Below are positions 29,345-38,208 of a DNA stretch of 64,000 nt, one piece after another. Under the pieces are notes generated by a model, which worked only from the letters and a program-made list of their open reading frames with translations, searched no databases and was not told the origin of the DNA. Both the position numbers and the translations under genes were made by a program. The DNA comes from Nitrospirota bacterium (GTDB lineage: Bacteria; Nitrospirota; UBA9217), in assembly GCA_963840455.1 (NCBI GenBank), contig CAWIYV010000014.1, positions 480,001 to 544,000 on the forward strand. Direction: 5' to 3'. Each line of letters starts with the position of its first letter. Position 1 is the first letter of the stretch.

Positions 29345-29462
29345 TTTACCGCAGAGATCGCTGAGAGCGCAGAGAAAATGCAACGGAGCAGGCGTGGCTT
29401 TCCTGCTGCAGCGTCAAGAACCAAAAGTTTTCTCAGCGTGCTCCGCCCCCTCTGCGGTGAAA
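29345..29462. repeat. Empty inverted-arm element, copy C
   Basis: tttaccgcagagatcgctgagagcgcagag ... ctcagcgtgctccgccccctctgcggtgaaa. Confidence 0.75.
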
Positions 29463-29475
29463 AGGTTTTCTGCTT

Positions 29476-29991
29476 ATGTTCAAGAACATCATCCTCACGG
29501 GTTTCATGGGCGTCGGCAAGACGAGCGTGGGAACGCGGCTGGCGAAGGACCTGGGCTACGTTTTTATTGACACCGATGAGCTGATCGAGGCGGACCAGAA
29601 GATCACCATCACGGAGATCTTCTCGAACTTCGGTGAACCGTACTTCCGCGACGTGGAGACGCGCGTCATCAAGCGGCTTCTTGAGAGCGAGGGCCAGGTG
29701 GTATCCACCGGCGGCGGTGCCGTGATCCGCGATGAGAACCGCAGGGCCTTCAAGGAGAACGGGGTAACCATCTGCCTCACCGCCCATCCGGAAAGCATCT
29801 ATGCGCGGATCAGGCACGAGACGCACCGGCCGCTGTTGCAGGGAAAGGACCCGCTGGCGAAGATACGGGAGCTGCTGGATGCCCGGGACCAGTTCTACCG
29901 CCAGGCGGACTTTGTCATCGATACCTCGGAGCGGTCCGTGGATGACGTGATCGTCGAGATCAAAGAGAAGGTACGCTATGCATGTTGTTAA
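29476..29991 (+). CDS. aroK: Shikimate kinase
   Basis: GFMGVGKT, GEPYFR, STGGG and RPLL motifs. Confidence 0.96.
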   Translation: MFKNIILTGFMGVGKTSVGTRLAKDLGYVFIDTDELIEADQKITITEIFSNFGEPYFRDVETRVIKRLLESEGQVVSTGGGAVIRDENRRAFKENGVTICLTAHPESIYARIRHETHRPLLQGKDPLAKIRELLDARDQFYRQADFVIDTSERSVDDVIVEIKEKVRYACC

Positions 29992-31060
29992 AGTAGAGCT
30001 CGGCGCGCGGAGCTACGACATCCTCATCGGCGCGAAGCTTGACAAGCTCGGCGAAGAGATGGGCAGGCTCCGCTTCGGCCGGAAGACCGCCGTGGTCACG
30101 AATCCCACGGTGAACGGGCTCTACGGCCAACGCGTGCTCAAGGCCCTGGCGGCTGCCGACTTTCTGGCGATGCCCGTGGAGGTCCCCGACGGCGAACAGT
30201 ACAAGACCCTGGACTGGGCCAATGCTGTCTTCACCGCGCTCCTGATCAACACCTTCGACCGCCGCTCGCCGCTCGTGGCGCTGGGCGGCGGCGTGATCGG
30301 CGACCTGACGGGCTTTGCCGCTTCCTGCTACATGCGGGGCGTGCCCTTCGTCCAGGTGCCGACGACGCTCCTCGCCATGGTGGACAGCAGCGTCGGCGGC
30401 AAGACCGGCGTGAACCACCCCATGGGCAAGAACATGATCGGAGCGTTCTACCAGCCCCGGCTCGTGCTCATGGACCTGGACACGCTCAAGACGCTGCCGA
30501 AGGAGGAGTTCCTCTCGGGCATGGCCGAGGTGATCAAGTACGGCGTGATCTGGGACCGCGAACTGTTCGATTTCCTCGACAAGAACCGGGAGAAGGTCCT
30601 CGCCCAGGAGCAGGGGCCGCTGGGTCACATCATCCGGCGTTCCTGCGAGATCAAGGCGGACGTGACGAGCAAGGACGAACGCGAAGGCGGTCTCCGCGCC
30701 ATTCTGAACCTCGGCCACACGGTGGGGCACGCGGTCGAGACGTTGTCGAACTATACGGTGCGCCATGGCGAGGCAGTGGCCATCGGCATGGTGTATGCCT
30801 CGAAGCTTGCCCATCGCATTGGTCAGTGCGACGCCAGGGTCCCGGAGCGGGTGGGAAAGCTGGTCCGCGACTACGGCCTGCCGTTCAGCCTCGCGGTCCT
30901 GAAGCGCCGGCCTTCCGTCGCCGAGCTCATGGACGCCATCCAGGTGGACAAGAAGGCCGAGGGCGGCAAGGTGCGCCTGGTCCTGCCGAAGAAGGTCGGC
31001 GAGGTCGTCATGACCGGGGAGTGGGACGAGCAGCAGCTCAGGACGCTGCTCGCCGAATAA
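29978..31060 (+). CDS. aroB: 3-dehydroquinate synthase
   Basis: GGGVIGDL, VPTTLLAMVDSSVGGKTG, LNLGHTVGHA and HGEAV motifs. Confidence 0.97.
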   Translation: MHVVKVELGARSYDILIGAKLDKLGEEMGRLRFGRKTAVVTNPTVNGLYGQRVLKALAAADFLAMPVEVPDGEQYKTLDWANAVFTALLINTFDRRSPLVALGGGVIGDLTGFAASCYMRGVPFVQVPTTLLAMVDSSVGGKTGVNHPMGKNMIGAFYQPRLVLMDLDTLKTLPKEEFLSGMAEVIKYGVIWDRELFDFLDKNREKVLAQEQGPLGHIIRRSCEIKADVTSKDEREGGLRAILNLGHTVGHAVETLSNYTVRHGEAVAIGMVYASKLAHRIGQCDARVPERVGKLVRDYGLPFSLAVLKRRPSVAELMDAIQVDKKAEGGKVRLVLPKKVGEVVMTGEWDEQQLRTLLAE

Positions 31061-31086
31061 GGCGAAGCGATCACAAGGAGGGAAGC

Positions 31087-31779
31087 ATGAGCGAATATAT
31101 CTGGCAATGCCCGTTCTGCGGCTCGGATCAGCCCGTGACGGACAATGAGCGGCAGGTGGTCATTGCGGACCTGACGCTGCCGAACGCGGACGGCACGCGC
31201 CGCCTCGTGACCAAGTTCGTGGTCTGCCCCAACGCGAAATGCCGCAAGTTCTCGCTGACCGCGTCCCTGCACGGCCGTGAGGTCGTCGGGACGAGGGTCT
31301 ACACGGGAAAGCACCTCACTTCCTGGAACCTCGTGCCGCCATCGCGCGCCCGGGCATTCCCGGTCTCGCTTCCGCCGGAGGTCCTTGAAGACTATCATGA
31401 GGCCTGTCTCACCCTCGACCTGAGCCCCAAGGTATCGGCGGCCTTGTCCCGGCGCTGCATCTCGGCGATGCTGAGGGACTACTGGCGTGTGCAGCCGGGA
31501 AGCCTGAACGACGAGCTTCGCCAGATCAAGGGCACTGCGGACCCGCTCACCTGGGAGGCCATCGAGTCCATCCGGAGGAGCGGCATGATCGGTGCCCGCA
31601 TGGAGGCAGAAGGTGCCGAGGTACAGGACACCGATCCCGGTGAAGCGGAACTGCTGATCGGCCTGATCGAAACGTTGATCCAGGACTGGTATATCGCCCG
31701 GGAGGAGCGTCGGAAACGGCTTCAGAAGATACGCCGGATCACCGGCGAGGAAACAGCGGAAAAGGAGGCAGACGAATGA
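31087..31779 (+). CDS. DUF4145-like protein with an N-terminal Zn ribbon
   Basis: CPFC and CPNAKC; EDYHEAC..LSPKVSAALSRRC; GGAGG RBS before ATG 31087. Confidence 0.7.
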   Translation: MSEYIWQCPFCGSDQPVTDNERQVVIADLTLPNADGTRRLVTKFVVCPNAKCRKFSLTASLHGREVVGTRVYTGKHLTSWNLVPPSRARAFPVSLPPEVLEDYHEACLTLDLSPKVSAALSRRCISAMLRDYWRVQPGSLNDELRQIKGTADPLTWEAIESIRRSGMIGARMEAEGAEVQDTDPGEAELLIGLIETLIQDWYIAREERRKRLQKIRRITGEETAEKEADE

Positions 31780-31832
31780 CGCGGCAGGAATGCTTTTATC
31801 CAGGAACGTCCCTCAGGAAAGGCGGTGAAACT

Positions 31833-32636
31833 ATGGTACGACGAATGATGATCTGGTGCTTTGTCCTCAGCGGCATCATAGCAATGATGCCCGGCAGCGT
31901 CCTGTCTGCCGATGCTGTCACGGGCCCGAAACAATACTGGCAAAAAGCGACAGAGTACGCTGGCAACAAGCTGTACCTTGATGCGGTTGAGTATTACACC
32001 CGGGCGATCCGGACGAACAAGGGCGAGATCCCGATGGAGGACGTGGCCCGGATCTTCGTCAGCAGGGGCATGGCCTTTCTGAGCCTGAACGATCAGGACC
32101 GTGCCATAGACGATTTCAGCAATGCGCTCGAGCTGGACGATAAGAACCAGGAGGCCGCCCTGAGCCGGGGCGGCGTTTATCTGAACCGGAAGCAGTACGG
32201 GCGGGCGCAGGACGATTTCAGCATGGTGATCAAGCTGAACCCCCGGAGCACCGCGGCCTATGCCGGCAGGAGCAGGGCCTTCCAGGAAGCAGGCGACCAA
32301 GATAGGGCCATCGCGGACCTCACGAAGCTCCTCGAGCTCGAACCGCATAATGTCGGCGCGCTGTACAGCATGGGGGTGTCCTACAAGGCCAAACGCCAGG
32401 ATGAACAGGCGTTGGAGACCTTCGACAAGGTGCTCAAGATCGATTCGAACCATGCCGCCGCATCGTACCAGAAGGCGGGCATCTATGCACGCACGAAGAA
32501 GATCGATTCCGCCTGCGTCTGGCTGGACATCGCGGTCGCCGATGGCTATCGCGATTGGGGCGCTCTGAAGAACGACCCGGATTTTGACACCATCCGCAAG
32601 GTCGACTGCTACCGGAAGACCATGGCAGGCAAATAG
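31833..32636 (+). CDS. Secreted TPR protein
   Basis: Signal-like N-terminus, about 5 TPRs, C-terminal DPDFDTIR motif. Confidence 0.85.
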   Translation: MVRRMMIWCFVLSGIIAMMPGSVLSADAVTGPKQYWQKATEYAGNKLYLDAVEYYTRAIRTNKGEIPMEDVARIFVSRGMAFLSLNDQDRAIDDFSNALELDDKNQEAALSRGGVYLNRKQYGRAQDDFSMVIKLNPRSTAAYAGRSRAFQEAGDQDRAIADLTKLLELEPHNVGALYSMGVSYKAKRQDEQALETFDKVLKIDSNHAAASYQKAGIYARTKKIDSACVWLDIAVADGYRDWGALKNDPDFDTIRKVDCYRKTMAGK

Positions 32637-32703
32637 TGGAAGAACGCTCCTGACGGGAAGATGCGGATGATGGCGCTGCGCCTCCATCCCGAAGGGCCCC
32701 ACC

Positions 32704-34125
32704 ATGTACGATCTGATCGGAGCATATCTTGCCCGGCTTACCGCACTCACTCCCCGGCCGATCTATCTTGTCGGCGGCTCCGTCCGTGACCTGCTGAGCG
32801 GGGCCCGGAACATCAAGGACATCGACCTCGTGATGCCGTCGGCCTCCGAGGATGTGGCGCGCACGTTCGCTGATCTCATCGGCGGGAGTTTTTTCTTCCT
32901 CGACGAGGAACGGAAGGTCACGCGGGTGATGAAGCGCGAAGCGGACGGGGCGATCCAGTTCGACTTCACGAACTTCGAAGGGCCGGACCTTCATGCAGAC
33001 CTTGCGCGGCGGGATTTCACGGTCAATGCCATGGCCATCGACCTCAAGGCGTTCCTCGCGCAGGGATCTCTGGACGGGCTCATCGACCTCTTCGACGGCA
33101 GGGGGGATGTCCGGCAAAAGCTGGTCCGGGTCGCAGACCCGAAGGTGCTCGACGACGATCCGCTCCGGCTCCTCCGTGCCGTGCGGTTCGCGGCGACCCT
33201 TGGCTTCAGCATCGAGAGAACGACCGCGGAGCATATCAAGGCCCGTGCAGACCTTATCACCCGGCCGTCACCGGAGCGCATCCGGGACGAGCTCTTCCAG
33301 ATACTCTCGGTCAAGGGCGCGGGCCGACATCTTCTGCTCATGGAGTCACTCGGCCTGCTCAAAATACTCCTGCCCGAACTGGAGCCGCTCAAGGACTTTG
33401 CTCCCGGAAAACACCATCTCTACGACATCTTCACACACTCCCTTAAGACAGCAGAGTACGTGGACAGCGTCATGGAGAACTTTCCCAACCTATCGCCAGG
33501 ACATGCCGGTACGGTCCTCGCGCATCTCGACGAAGAGCTCGAACAGTTCGTGACCCGAAAAGCCGCTCTCCGCTTCGCCTGTCTCCTGCACGACAATGCC
33601 AAGACCGAGACCTACAGCCGTGATGAAGCAGGGGACATCCATTTCTTCGGCCATGACACGATCGGCGCCGACAAGGCGCTGTTCATCTGCCAGCGGTTCC
33701 GGCTGTCGAACGACACATCGTCGGTGGTGTCCAGGCTCGTTCGGCATCATATGCGTCCGCTCAACCTGTCCGCACCCGGCGGTCCGAGCAGGAGGGCGCT
33801 GTACCGCTACTGCCGGGACCTCAAGGACGCCGTGCCGGAGAGCATCATCCTGTCCCTCGCCGACGCAAAGGCGACCTTGGAGGTCATGCCCGCAGAAGGA
33901 TTCACCGACACGCAGAAGATCTCGGGGCAGGTCCTCGAGTACTATTACGGCAAGTTCCTCAAGGCCGAAGCGAAGCCTTTCGTGACGGGCAAGGACCTTA
34001 TCGCGCGGGGGATGGAACCGGGGCCGAGCTTCCGCGAGGTCCTCGACGACATCAAGGAGCGGCAGGCAGAGGGGACGCTGAAGGACCGGCAGGAAGCGCT
34101 GAAGTATCTCGACACCTTGCCGTAA
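32704..34125 (+). CDS. CCA-adding enzyme/poly(A) polymerase family nucleotidyltransferase with HD domain
   Basis: YLVGGSVRD, DIDL, DLARRDFTVNA, DDPLRLLRAVRF and LLHDNAK motifs. Confidence 0.92.
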   Translation: MYDLIGAYLARLTALTPRPIYLVGGSVRDLLSGARNIKDIDLVMPSASEDVARTFADLIGGSFFFLDEERKVTRVMKREADGAIQFDFTNFEGPDLHADLARRDFTVNAMAIDLKAFLAQGSLDGLIDLFDGRGDVRQKLVRVADPKVLDDDPLRLLRAVRFAATLGFSIERTTAEHIKARADLITRPSPERIRDELFQILSVKGAGRHLLLMESLGLLKILLPELEPLKDFAPGKHHLYDIFTHSLKTAEYVDSVMENFPNLSPGHAGTVLAHLDEELEQFVTRKAALRFACLLHDNAKTETYSRDEAGDIHFFGHDTIGADKALFICQRFRLSNDTSSVVSRLVRHHMRPLNLSAPGGPSRRALYRYCRDLKDAVPESIILSLADAKATLEVMPAEGFTDTQKISGQVLEYYYGKFLKAEAKPFVTGKDLIARGMEPGPSFREVLDDIKERQAEGTLKDRQEALKYLDTLP

Positions 34126-34137
34126 CGGATATTCATC

Positions 34138-34409
34138 GAAGCTTCCTGCAGCAAGCTGCGGAGAATGCGCTTGCTCCTGGATTTAAGCTCCCTATAGCAA
34201 ACTGCGTGGAGCTTCGATCCTCAGGGTTGAACTAATTATTCTAATCGCTCGCTAACCCCGCAGCAAACTGCGGGGAATGCGCTCGCTCCTGGATTTAAGC
34301 TCCCTATGGCAAACTGCATGGAGCTTCGATCCTCAAAGTTGAACTAATTATTCTAATCGCTCGCTAACCCCGCAGCAAACTGCGGGGAATGCGCTCGCTC
34401 CTGGATTCA
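34138..34409 (+). mobile_element. Head-to-tail array of the ~112-bp element (1 deleted unit and 2 full units)
   Basis: Units start at about 34139, 34186 and 34298, with a 112-nt period between the full units; junctions ggattta|agctccc. Confidence 0.8.
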
Positions 34410-34433
34410 TCCTTTTATGGTTCGGGGTGTCAC

Positions 34434-34679
34434 ATGTGCAGTGATAGGGAAAAGACCTACGAGGCGATGTCCGTCGAGGAACTGGAGGCGGAGCTTGCAA
34501 AGCTCAAGGAGAGCCTATGCGACCTTGAAGAAACGCACAACTTCACCTTCGGCAGGACCACCGTTCATATCGGCGCAGAGCGGGCGCAGGCCATGCAGGA
34601 GGAGTACGAAGCGGAATGTGCTCTGTACAGCGGACAGATCGCGAAGATCGAGGGGATCTTGAAAGTAAAGGGGGGATGA
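34434..34679 (+). CDS. Small coiled-coil hypothetical protein
   Basis: 81-aa acidic helical ORF with host-like codon usage. Confidence 0.6.
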   Translation: MCSDREKTYEAMSVEELEAELAKLKESLCDLEETHNFTFGRTTVHIGAERAQAMQEEYEAECALYSGQIAKIEGILKVKGG

Positions 34680-34821
34680 CCGCCCGGCTCACTCTGTACA
34701 GTTTCAGAATTGCATGATTATACATACGGTTTTACTCAAATTCTGCTTGCAGAATTTCGCAAATTATGGTATTTATAACGCTCACAAGTGGTACAAATTC
34801 TTTTTGGAGGGGGTTCTCGGA

Positions 34822-35112
34822 ATGAAGAAGCTTACCGTTGTTCTGGTTGTTGTGCTGTCGCTGTGTCTCGTTGTATCGATGGCGTTCGCTGCCGATATGA
34901 AGAAGGGCACCATCAAGTCCGTTGACGCCAAGGCCGGCTCGGTCGTGGTGACCATCGACGGCAAAGATCATACGTACAAGGCCGACAAGGCCGTGGACCT
35001 CGGCAAGGTGAAGGCCGGCGAGGCCGTGGAGCTCTCGGTCGAGAAGGACACTGTGAAGTCCATCAAGGCCGCCGCTGCTGCTCCTGCGAAGAAGGCCCCG
35101 GTGGGCTGCTAA
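34822..35112 (+). CDS. Small periplasmic OB-fold-like protein ending KKAPVGC
   Basis: Signal peptide ending AFA, GTIKSVDA...VKAGEAVEL; GGAGG RBS. Confidence 0.75.
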   Translation: MKKLTVVLVVVLSLCLVVSMAFAADMKKGTIKSVDAKAGSVVVTIDGKDHTYKADKAVDLGKVKAGEAVELSVEKDTVKSIKAAAAAPAKKAPVGC

Positions 35113-35135
35113 GCATCAACTGAGCCTGTTCTTCC

Positions 35136-35165
35136 AAAGGCCGCCTCATCCGAGGCGGCCTTTTC
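35136..35165 (+). terminator. Rho-independent terminator
   Basis: aaaggccgcctc-atcc-gaggcggcctttt. Confidence 0.85.
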
Positions 35166-35210
35166 TGTTGTTCTTCCCGCAGCTCTAATCGCTGCATTTA
35201 CCGTCTGTCG

Positions 35211-35560
35211 CTAGAAGTCAAATCCCGCCGAGAAGTATACAAGATATCTTCTGTCCTCGCCTGCCCCGAAGTCGAGCGGGACAGGGGTGTCCGAGACAGC
35301 GTTTCGAGCAAGGAGGCCGATGCTCGCCCCTTTCCTGAGGCCCTGCAAGGACATATCGTCCCGTGCGTTCCGATGTTTGCCGCACCGCCGGAAAGGACAA
35401 GGTCAACCGTTTCATGGCATCCGACTGATATTCGTCATCATCCGGCGGTAGCATCGCTGATGCACACCGCTCGCGCGCGCCGACAATGCCCCTCCGCGTG
35501 AGGCAGGCGACCCGAGCAGGAAATCGGTGCCTTCGATATCGAACTGCTCCTGTATGCGGA
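35211..35560 (-). pseudogene. Decayed C-terminal fragment of an Omp85/BamA-TamA-type barrel
   Basis: Frameshifted pieces EQFDIEGTDFLLG and GLRKGASIGL...DTPVPLDFGAGEDRRYLVYFSAGFDF*. Confidence 0.6.
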
Positions 35561-35790
35561 GAGTGCCACTCCCGTTAGCCGGCTAGAGACATCGATGTCG
35601 GGTGTGGCGTTCGGCCGACCGGCCGGCATCGTTCGCTGGCCAACGACGTTGAGGGGATCGACGTTCCCGACCGTACGCAGCGACACGGTACTCGTGAGGA
35701 CCCCTGATCAGGATGTCGGAAGGTGCAGGGAAGAGTACTATAGTCGCAACGGCTCGATCATGACCACGCATGGGTTCGCCTGTTTTCAGC

Positions 35791-35820
35791 TTGCCATTGC
35801 GGCGTGTCCTGTTCTATAAT
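35791..35820 (+). promoter_or_regulatory. Sigma70 promoter for the cytochrome gene
   Basis: TTGCCA-18 nt-TATAAT. Confidence 0.5.
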
Positions 35821-35909
35821 GACCCGTGGACGGGAGATGTGCGTCGGCGGGCCGGGGGCCTGCCGTGAGCTGACCTTGCATGAGGGCGGGGGCCAGCGGG
35901 GAGGAACGT

Positions 35910-36242
35910 ATGAAGAGGTGGTTCTGGTCCGGAATTGCTGCGTCATTGCTTGCCATGTCGTACGCCTGGGCGGAGACCGGAGGCGGCGAAATCATATTCG
36001 ACATCGAGGGCACGCCAAGCGTGGTGTTCAGCCATGAAAGCCATGTGGGCGCCGCGAAGAAGAAATGCAGCGAATGTCATTATGGGATCTATACGAACCA
36101 TTCGCAGCGCAAGACCGTGGGGATGGCGGCGATGCGGGCCGGGAAGTCATGCGGAACCTGTCATGACGGGAAGAAGGCCTTCGGCGTTGCGAGCAGTCAG
36201 AACTGTGAAAAGTGCCATAAGAAGCCGGCGCCGCTGCAATAA
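35910..36242 (+). CDS. Periplasmic triheme c7-type cytochrome c
   Basis: Signal peptide, VVFSHESH, and three CxxCH motifs (CSECH, CGTCH, CEKCH); GKSCGTCHDGKKAF. Confidence 0.9.
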   Translation: MKRWFWSGIAASLLAMSYAWAETGGGEIIFDIEGTPSVVFSHESHVGAAKKKCSECHYGIYTNHSQRKTVGMAAMRAGKSCGTCHDGKKAFGVASSQNCEKCHKKPAPLQ

Positions 36243-36407
36243 GGGAGCCTGCCTGGTCGGGTAAGCGTTCTTTCGACGTCGCTGCGCTTGCGTGGCCCTG
36301 CAGGATGAGATGCCGCTGTATTTTCCGCAGTTATCGGGGAACTCGATGGAGCACCTGGCCGGGGATGCGGGTGACGGCAAGCCGAGTTCCCTCATGTGAG
36401 GTATGCT

Positions 36408-36659
36408 ATGATGAATAGCGCTGGACGAAGAAAGAGCGACTATGATGTTGCCAGCTGTCGTTGTCATCGCTTCGGGGCGATTGCCGTACTCAAGGGGTTC
36501 GTGACCATCGAAGAAGTGAAGGCGGCGATCATGGATCAGGTCGAGGACGACCTCAGCGGCTGCGAACACCGCCTCCTCGGCAGTATCCTGTTCGAACGGG
36601 GCCTGATCACCGAGAACCAGATCGAAACGGTCATGCTTGAGCTCCGGAAACAACTGTAA
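36408..36659 (+). CDS. Stand-alone MshEN-like protein
   Basis: RFGAIAVLKGFVTIEEVKAAIMDQ and LLGSILFERGLITENQI resemble tandem RLGxxLxxxGxxxxxxLxxxLxxQ motifs. Confidence 0.65.
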   Translation: MMNSAGRRKSDYDVASCRCHRFGAIAVLKGFVTIEEVKAAIMDQVEDDLSGCEHRLLGSILFERGLITENQIETVMLELRKQL

Positions 36660-36744
36660 TGGTCCCGGCTGTTATCCGCCCCCCTCGATCCTCGCCTGCG
36701 CCTTTCTCCGAAGGGAAGCTTCGCTCCAGTTCTTCTGCCCGACC

Positions 36745-36773
36745 TTGACACTTCTTTGTTTTCTCGATAGACT
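36745..36773 (+). promoter_or_regulatory. Sigma70 promoter
   Basis: TTGACA-17 nt-TAGACT. Confidence 0.6.
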
Positions 36774-36930
36774 TTCATTGTACCGACCAGCATGTGCTCC
36801 ACGATCGTGGTCACCGCTGGTTCGGGTCCGTTCCGGCGTTGTACCCCGGTCATATGCCGGTCCTGCAATTTCAGGATACACTAACGACCCTATGCGATTT
36901 CAATAAGCCAGAAGGACTGAAGGGGCAGCC

Positions 36931-38076
36931 ATGTGTGACAGGGAAAGCGGGCAGAACAGCTTGGGAATAAGGACGATCCCCGTGCAGCAGGCCGTTGGAT
37001 CTGTTCTTGCCCATGATGTGACCGAGATCCGGAAGGGCGAGTTCAAGGGTCCGGCGTTCCGGAAGGGCCACATTGTGCGGCAGGAGGACGTCTGTCATCT
37101 CCAGCGGCTCGGCAAGGATAACCTGTTCGTGCTGTCCCTGGGGCCCGATGATATGCACGAGGATGAGGCGGCTGTTGCGATCGCCCGGGCGCTGATGGGG
37201 GAGGGTGTCGCGATCAAGGGCGAGCCGCGCGAGGGAAAGATCACGGTCATTGCCGCGCGGGACGGCCTGCTGAAGATCGATGTCAATGCCCTCCGGGCGT
37301 TCAATATGCTGGGCGATGTGATGTGCGCAACGCTGCATACTAACACGGTCGTGAAGAAAGGGCAGGAGGTCGCCGGGACGCGGGCGATACCCCTGGTGGT
37401 CAAGAAAGCCGTGGTTGACAGGGCCGTGAAGATCGCACAGCAGGGTCCGGGAACCAGGGGCCAGGGCCCAGGGGTGCTGGACGTGAAGGAGATTCGGAAG
37501 CCCCGGGCCGGAGTGGTCATCACGGGGAATGAGGTCTACCACGGAAGGGTCAAGGACGAATTCGCGCCGATCATCGCGAAGAAGATCGAGGAGTACGGCG
37601 GGGAGATCGTGGGGACCTACTACGCGCCTGATGACGAGCGGTTCATTGCCGAGCGTTTACGGGAATTGCTGAATGCCGGCGCCGACCTGCTGATCACCAC
37701 CGGCGGCATGTCCGTGGACCCCGACGACGTGACGCGGTTCGCCATCAGGAGCCTGGGCGCCACGGACATCACCTATGGCTCGGCGGTCCTGCCGGGGGCG
37801 ATGGTGCTGGTTGCTTATCTAGAGACAAGAGAAGAGAGACGAGCGACAAGCGACAGCAAGCACTCTTCCCTCGTGCCTCGTTCCTCGTCACTGGTACCCA
37901 TCTTGGGCATTCCCGCCTGCGGCATGTATCACAAAACGACGGTGTTTGACCTTGTCCTGCCGCGCGTCCTTGCCGGCGAGCGGATCGGCCGCGAAGAACT
38001 CGCCGAGCTTGGCCACGGCGGTCTCTGCCTGCATTGTTCAGAATGCCGCTACCCGGTCTGCCCCTTCGGGAAGTAA
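36931..38076 (+). CDS. Molybdopterin-binding (MoeA/MogA-like) protein with a C-terminal Cys cluster
   Basis: AVGSVLAHDVTEI, ITGNEV, TTGGMSVDPDD and GHGGLCLHCSECRYPVCPFGK motifs. Confidence 0.88.
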   Translation: MCDRESGQNSLGIRTIPVQQAVGSVLAHDVTEIRKGEFKGPAFRKGHIVRQEDVCHLQRLGKDNLFVLSLGPDDMHEDEAAVAIARALMGEGVAIKGEPREGKITVIAARDGLLKIDVNALRAFNMLGDVMCATLHTNTVVKKGQEVAGTRAIPLVVKKAVVDRAVKIAQQGPGTRGQGPGVLDVKEIRKPRAGVVITGNEVYHGRVKDEFAPIIAKKIEEYGGEIVGTYYAPDDERFIAERLRELLNAGADLLITTGGMSVDPDDVTRFAIRSLGATDITYGSAVLPGAMVLVAYLETREERRATSDSKHSSLVPRSSSLVPILGIPACGMYHKTTVFDLVLPRVLAGERIGREELAELGHGGLCLHCSECRYPVCPFGK

Positions 38077-38208
38077 GTCCTTCTGCCTGCCCTGCGCCTG
38101 CCCGCTATTCCGAGATCAGGCATACGATTCCAACCATTCCCACTCGTGCTTTTTATTGGTCCTTTCAAGGGCAGATAAGATTATGTGACAAGTGGGCCCG
38201 TCGGCGCG

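Noticed and set aside
34138-34409. Possible CRISPR array
   Set aside because: The units are 112-bp near-identical copies with no unique spacers, no cas genes are present, and the same unit occurs singly elsewhere
36775-36930. Moco/Wco riboswitch upstream of the molybdopterin-binding gene
   Set aside because: I could not find the conserved motif elements by eye
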